A stretch of DNA of 57,083 bases, the filler included, from Jimgerdemannia flammicorona (lineage: Eukaryota): NCBI GenBank assembly GCA_003990765.1. It is 3 parts of 3 records of this genome, joined end to end, with 100 filler letters (N's around TTAATTAATTAA, not from the genome) between each part and the next. Parts side by side here need not be neighbours in the genome. Positions count along the whole stretch, not along the records: positions 38,125 to 57,083 come from RBNJ01002064.1; 2 more parts are not named here. One strand, given 5' to 3'. The position numbers were made by a program, and so were the translations under genes. Positions 52,001 through 57,083 of the stretch are shown here, in pieces. Position 1 is the stretch's first letter; the number at the start of each line of letters is the position of its first letter. The notes under the pieces are model-generated. The model had not been told where the DNA came from. It searched no databases and worked only from the letters and a program-made list of their open reading frames with translations.

Positions 52001-52124
52001 CATCAATATCAAAAATGTCGACTGCATCACGGACGCCGCGATCGTTTACAAAAAGGGCATTAAACTGAACCGGCGGCAGTGGTACTCCATCTGCACGGCA
52101 GGAGGAGGAATGAATGTGACGTAA
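44622..52124 (+). pseudogene. Disrupted multi-exon gene: His/RS-rich N-terminus, ~3 ricin-B lectin domains, acidic tandem repeats, vWA, CxxC region, YdhF-like aldo-keto reductase
   Basis: FPEGWFFI / SQLWKY / QRWQF lectin motifs; MIDAS DISGS...GGT...ITDG; CPICG and CFRC; AKR GITTFDTAEI, WGVSN, LVTNEIE, WSP, RQWYSI. In-frame stops (45364, ~46177, ~50589) and frameshifts (~44822, ~47960, ~48450, ~49540, ~50470). Confidence 0.7.
47330..48600 (+). repeat. Coding tandem repeats of ~10-aa acidic units (DDALDIASTQ / VDALDIASPD)
   Basis: Recurring gatgacgcgctcgacatcgcttca(a/c)ca motif over ~1.3 kb. Confidence 0.9.
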
Positions 52125-53370
52125 GCTGGGATGTGTGGGATGCGTCGGATGTGTGGGATGTGTGAGAAGTGTGGTATGTGTGGTATGTGAAATGATGTAA
52201 AATTTGTAATCAAAGTCGTTGAGCGTTGTGTAGGGCCGGGAAATGTGATGTTCATCATGTTATTTTATTTATATTTATTTATTTGGGAGGGCTCACGCGG
52301 ATATATTGAGATACCTACATATGCCTGATCTGGACGTACATCGCACGAGGGAATGTAAAAAATGAAGATAACGCCGGTGCCAAATGAATAGATGGGGATA
52401 CTGTTTTCCGCCCTCTTCCGTGAACTGAGTTTTTAAGCTGGCTTTTGAGGTAACGCTCATTTAGAGGATTAATCCGATTAATGGAAGCATTGTTTGCCGT
52501 CCGAACGGGGCAGCAATTCAAAAGTGTCGAATCCCAAATATATGGTCCCCTCCCCCCCTTGGCAAACATAAGGCGTTGATCTCTGAGATGAGGTGCAACT
52601 CATACTTTGATCAGTAGGACTGGTCCTATGCATCAACTCACCAAAATATATCTTTGGCTATTACAAAGTTGTTAGTTTCTAGAAATTAATATCATCTCTG
52701 TAAATTATACAATATTATCAAGATAAGAATTTGCTCTTTAGAAGATCTATATTCTATATTAGACTAATAAAAGTCAAGTATAAATAACTATATAGTTATA
52801 CATCAAATCTACTTAGTAATAGTCTATTAAGTTTAAAAATGTTACAATATAAAGAAGTTTTTGATAATAATTTTCTAATATTTTATTTTGACTAATTATT
52901 ATATTTATATTAAATTAAAGCTAATAAAAATAAAAGTAAAATAGAGATATTAATTTTTTACATTTGAGTTTTTCTAATAAGTATTTATAATATATAATCT
53001 TAGTCAATACAATCTAAGATATTATTTTATAAAGCTTTTATAGTATATATGTTTTTGTTAAAAAAGAGTAATCTCATATCAATTATTGATAGTATTATTC
53101 TATTTTTAAGCTATAATAGATCATTTAGCTTATAATAAAGCTTCTTATTATTAATATTAAAAAGAGTATATATATATTTTTATAGATATAGCAAAGTAAG
53201 AATTTTATATTATAATTTATTTATTTTTATAAATAACTATATATTTATCATATACTAGTATTCTAGTAATAAGTAATATTTGAACATCTATCTCTAGCTT
53301 CAAAGTTGTCTTATTGTCTAATATTATAAAGTTAATAAGTTAACATTATTCAAGCTATATAATGGTCTAA

Positions 53371-53537
53371 TTTGAACCCTATTTTTCAAAATGTGATAAC
53401 TTGATGAAAATATGTCCAAATTTAATGACCTTTAGCTTATTAGATTCTGCTTATATAGAGAAATCTAACAAGCTAAAGATCATTAAATTTGGAGATATTT
53501 TCATCAAGTTATTACATTTCAAAAAATAGAGTTTGAA
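53371..53537. repeat. ~167-bp imperfect palindrome within an AT-rich relic (~52680-53600)
   Basis: Arms 53371-53446 and 53462-53537 are reverse complements with few mismatches. Confidence 0.88.
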
Positions 53538-55575
53538 TCAAATCAATAAATTATTAATTTTGAGAATTGTATATTTAGATATGAATTAAATGTTTTATGC
53601 TCAATTTGCTTTAATGCTAGTAAATGTGCTAGTGCACTGTGCATACATGCTAGTGGACATTGCATGAATTGCCGTTTGGTGCTAGCAAATGCTGAATGTG
53701 TTTGGGCAGAGTGTAATGCACGTATTCAACATTGTGCCCAATTGGCTTTGGTGCTAAGGGTGTTTGCACCTTTTTTGCGGGCCGCAGTAGGGAGCATATT
53801 TTGATCGATCCCCTTTTTCATTAATTTGTAGCAGCTGGGGTAGTGCAACCCAGCTGCCTTTGCCCGCTTAATTATATCAACGAACGCCAACCTTGGGCTC
53901 TCTCTCTTTAACCATATAGCATATGTTGGCCAAAGGCTAGCTTTGCATTTCGGTTATGCGAGAACATTCAGTTGGAGCCAGGGTTGTCGCAAAAGCCTAC
54001 CATATGTATAGACAATCATCTTCGAGTTATCATAGCCTTAATTCTGGTAGAAATCCATAGCCTGAAGGACGGCCAGGACGCCGCCCAGACTATGCCCAGC
54101 CAGAACGAGTTTGTAGTCGGAGTATGCAATAGTGCAAAATGCGTTCTAGTGTTTGTGACTGGTTCTGTGCGCACATGGGCATTGTGAGCTCAACGTCGTA
54201 GCAAGCAAATACCCCGTGAGCACGACAACGAAAAGCGAGAGAGCGGATCGGTTGCTGCTGTGGAATTTATCTCCCCTCGCCTTGCCTCAACGCCATTATG
54301 CTCGTCACGAACTACCCAATCAGGCATCGAAGCCGGTCTGACCCCCCTGTCTGTCGCACTTGTCAGCAGACTGCTCGGCTTGCTCTAAAATGAGAGAATA
54401 GCGAAAGTCAACGCCGAAATGGCAATACCTAGATGTCTACATCAATGTGAATGGCGCTGTCGACGGCAGCATACACAATGAAAATAATGCGTTGATGTTG
54501 ATGAGCACGACAAGTATTAAAATAAATAAAAAAAGGGGAAGAAAAAAAAAAAAAAAAAAAAAAAAAGGGGAAAAAAAAAAAAAAAAAAAAAAAAACCTGT
54601 GACTGGGTGTGAGCAGAAACCATGGTCTTATATTTCAGGAATGTCCGTCATGCATGTACCACCTTCCCCAATTATTGGGTTCTGCGGTACCTTTCAGGGT
54701 TAGATCTGGCCCGTTGCATTGTACAAACCTTGTTTCATAGAGTTGTCAAAGTCCGTAGCTTTTGAGAATCGGTCCAACAGCCACTTCTCCGGCTAGATAC
54801 GGTTTCGCAGCCTTGGTTTCTTTTCCGTTAACGAGTAACGACCCTCAAAGATGCGGAACTTATTCTCCCGGCGGCGGCTTAGGAGAATGCAGATCGCATT
54901 GATGTCTACGCTAGCTTACTGTGACAATGTGAGCTATCGAAGTTCGTTGAATGCCAAATCGGAAATATTGAACCGTGCAAGGTGCAAGGGACTAGGGTTG
55001 CATCAACTGACGTGCAGCGCAGTTTTTTGTGAATTATGACCGGGAATTTAAGCATTTGACGGAAGTCAACCAACTTGTTCCGGGCGATGGGAAAATATTA
55101 CATAACCCGAACGGTACCGTGTGCAAATCCTTACCATAGAATTTCAGCTCACTTAGATATAGGCCCTCTTCTAATTCCCATAATTTCTCTGTTTCGAACA
55201 AATTGCCAGTTCCGTATTCTACCTCGGAATGTGTTTGATATGCATTAAATACTTACACACTCATGTTTGGCTCTATGGGAATAATCATGATCAAGGCGGA
55301 TGAAATTTCTGCCAGATCAGAACCACATCTGAAAGTTTGAGAATCTGAGAAGCGACCGAGTTGGGTGTTAGAACGATATACTAAGCAAACGAGTTTTTGC
55401 ACCACGGAAAATATGAATTTCCAAATTTCGTCGAACCTGATTGCACCCATTTCCGGCATTTCGATCTCTAAAAGTCGGTAGGACGATATCAGAACCACAA
55501 AGGGAATCTCGATATTAAGGTTCTCCTATATTATGACCGGATTGTCAAACAACCCCACCACATCTCTCGTTACAA

Positions 55576-57083
55576 ATGCCATACGAACCGTCAAAAAAGC
55601 TCTCCCCTACTACAGGACAAGAAGATTCGCAACGTACGGCTGACAAGATGAATCCATTTGCTTTGCTGGTTGGCCGGGTTTTCAACTAATGATGACTTGA
55701 ATGCTTTTCAGATCACCATGATCGTAGTCGTTCCCAAGTTCGTCATACTGTTCACCAGCGCAGTTGCTCTGCCTCTCGCTCTCGCTCTCCTTCTCCCTCT
55801 CCCTTTCGTATGACACACGAAACGTTGAACACGCTCTCCCCTACTATAGGACAAGAAGATTCGCAACGTACGGCTGACGAGATGAATACATTGCTTTGCT
55901 GGATGGTCGTGTTTTCCAACGACGTTTAACTAATGATGACTTGAATGCTTTTCAGATCACCATCACCATGATCGTAGTCGTCCCCAAGTTCGCCATACTG
56001 TTCACAAGCGTCATTGCTCTGCCTCTCGCTCTCGTTCTCCCTCTCCCTCTACCTCTCGCTCTCGCTCTCGCTCTCGCTCTGGCTCTTGCTCTGGCTCTCG
56101 CTCTCCCTCTCCCATGTCCACCTGGTCCGACTCGACGAGATCCACCACTATGTCTACTATGTCCACCATGTCCATCGAAGCAGTCAGCATCACACATGAC
56201 AAATTCCCCGAAGGCTGGTTTTTCATTCAGAACCGCAAGTTCGCATCCGTGTTAGGCATTTCAAAAACCCACATGGCGATAAGATCCACGATTCAAGCCT
56301 CTCCCCCAAGGAAGCATTCCAAGAGTCAGTTATGGAAGTACGAGAATGGAGTTCTGCGGAACAGGCTTACAAAATCGATCCTGAAACCCCGAATAGGTAG
56401 AGAACCTGTTCGCATCTTGATGCATTATCAGTCATATATCTCTATTTCTTTCGTCTATTTATTTACCCATTCCCCGCCGAATCGATCGCTTTTATTTAAG
56501 GTCGCTTTCACGACCACCTTAAGAACACAAAAATCATCCACGACACTAAATCTGCCGATTTTGATATTCAGAAATGGGATGTGACCTTCGAAGGTGCAAT
56601 CTGTAACAGAGAGAACAAAACCAAGGTACTTTCCCTTAAGGAGCACGAACACGCCACAGTTTTTGCGAACGTGTTCATCCAGGACTGGAGGCCCAATGAG
56701 TATTTGGAACAGCGATGGCAATTTTTGGCCATAAAAACAGACTGTGAGTAACCAAATGAATTCGCCCTTTTCGACGGGTATCGATGCTTCCCCCGCGTGT
56801 TTTTGACTAATTTTTTGCTGTCATTTTGTAGTTGGTTATCATGCCAGATTTCCTCAAGGTTGGTTCTTCATCCAATCGGTTGTCGAAGGCTATGTCCTGA
56901 GTGTCAAGGATTCCTCTACCGAAGTCGACGCCCAAATCGTACTACATCCGTGGAGTTCTACCGAATACCGGAGCCAGTTGTGGATGCATGACGGAGATTG
57001 CCTGGTCAACTTCAATTCAAAACTCGTCCTAGACGTCGGTAAGTATATGAAATGTCACATACCCTATTTTTTGTCAAAAAAAA
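55576..57083 (+). CDS. Ricin-B lectin-domain protein with His/RS-rich N-terminus, intact as far as visible; exons 55576-55633, 55712-55867, 55956-56396, 56501-56743, 56832-57038; runs off the window
   Basis: Splicing at GT-AG sites gives an open frame MPYEPSKKLSPTTGQEDSQHHHDRSRS...RSRSRS...FPEGWFFIQ...SQLWKY...QRWQF...FPQGWFFIQ. No signal peptide evident. Confidence 0.85.

Overview
Eukaryotic, intron-containing fungal DNA. The gene families suggest an early-diverging (Mucoromycota-like) fungus, but that is inference. The window is three contigs joined by artificial 100-nt N/TTAATTAATTAA spacers (18965-19064, 38025-38124). Most of it is nested, mutationally decayed retroelements. These are: a complete dUTPase-carrying Ty3/Gypsy element (1439-10211, 1.5-kb LTRs, CTAT target-site duplication), the 3' half of a chromodomain Ty3/Gypsy element, two older Ty3 relics, a reversed LTR copy, and three L1/Tx1-type LINE copies. 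Host genes are an SLC35F/EamA transporter, an SPX-ACT-ACT-HAD phosphoserine phosphatase, the 3' end of an unidentified gene, and a duplicated ricin-B lectin gene whose first copy is a broken lectin-repeat-vWA-aldo/keto-reductase fusion. The most striking observation is an unrecognised ~270-aa accessory gene found four times. It lies inside the LTR of one Ty3 family, with its own TATA box and a downstream palindrome array. A colinear homologue lies just before the polypurine tract of a structurally different Ty3 family. Repeats, but not host genes, show pervasive C>T/G>A decay.
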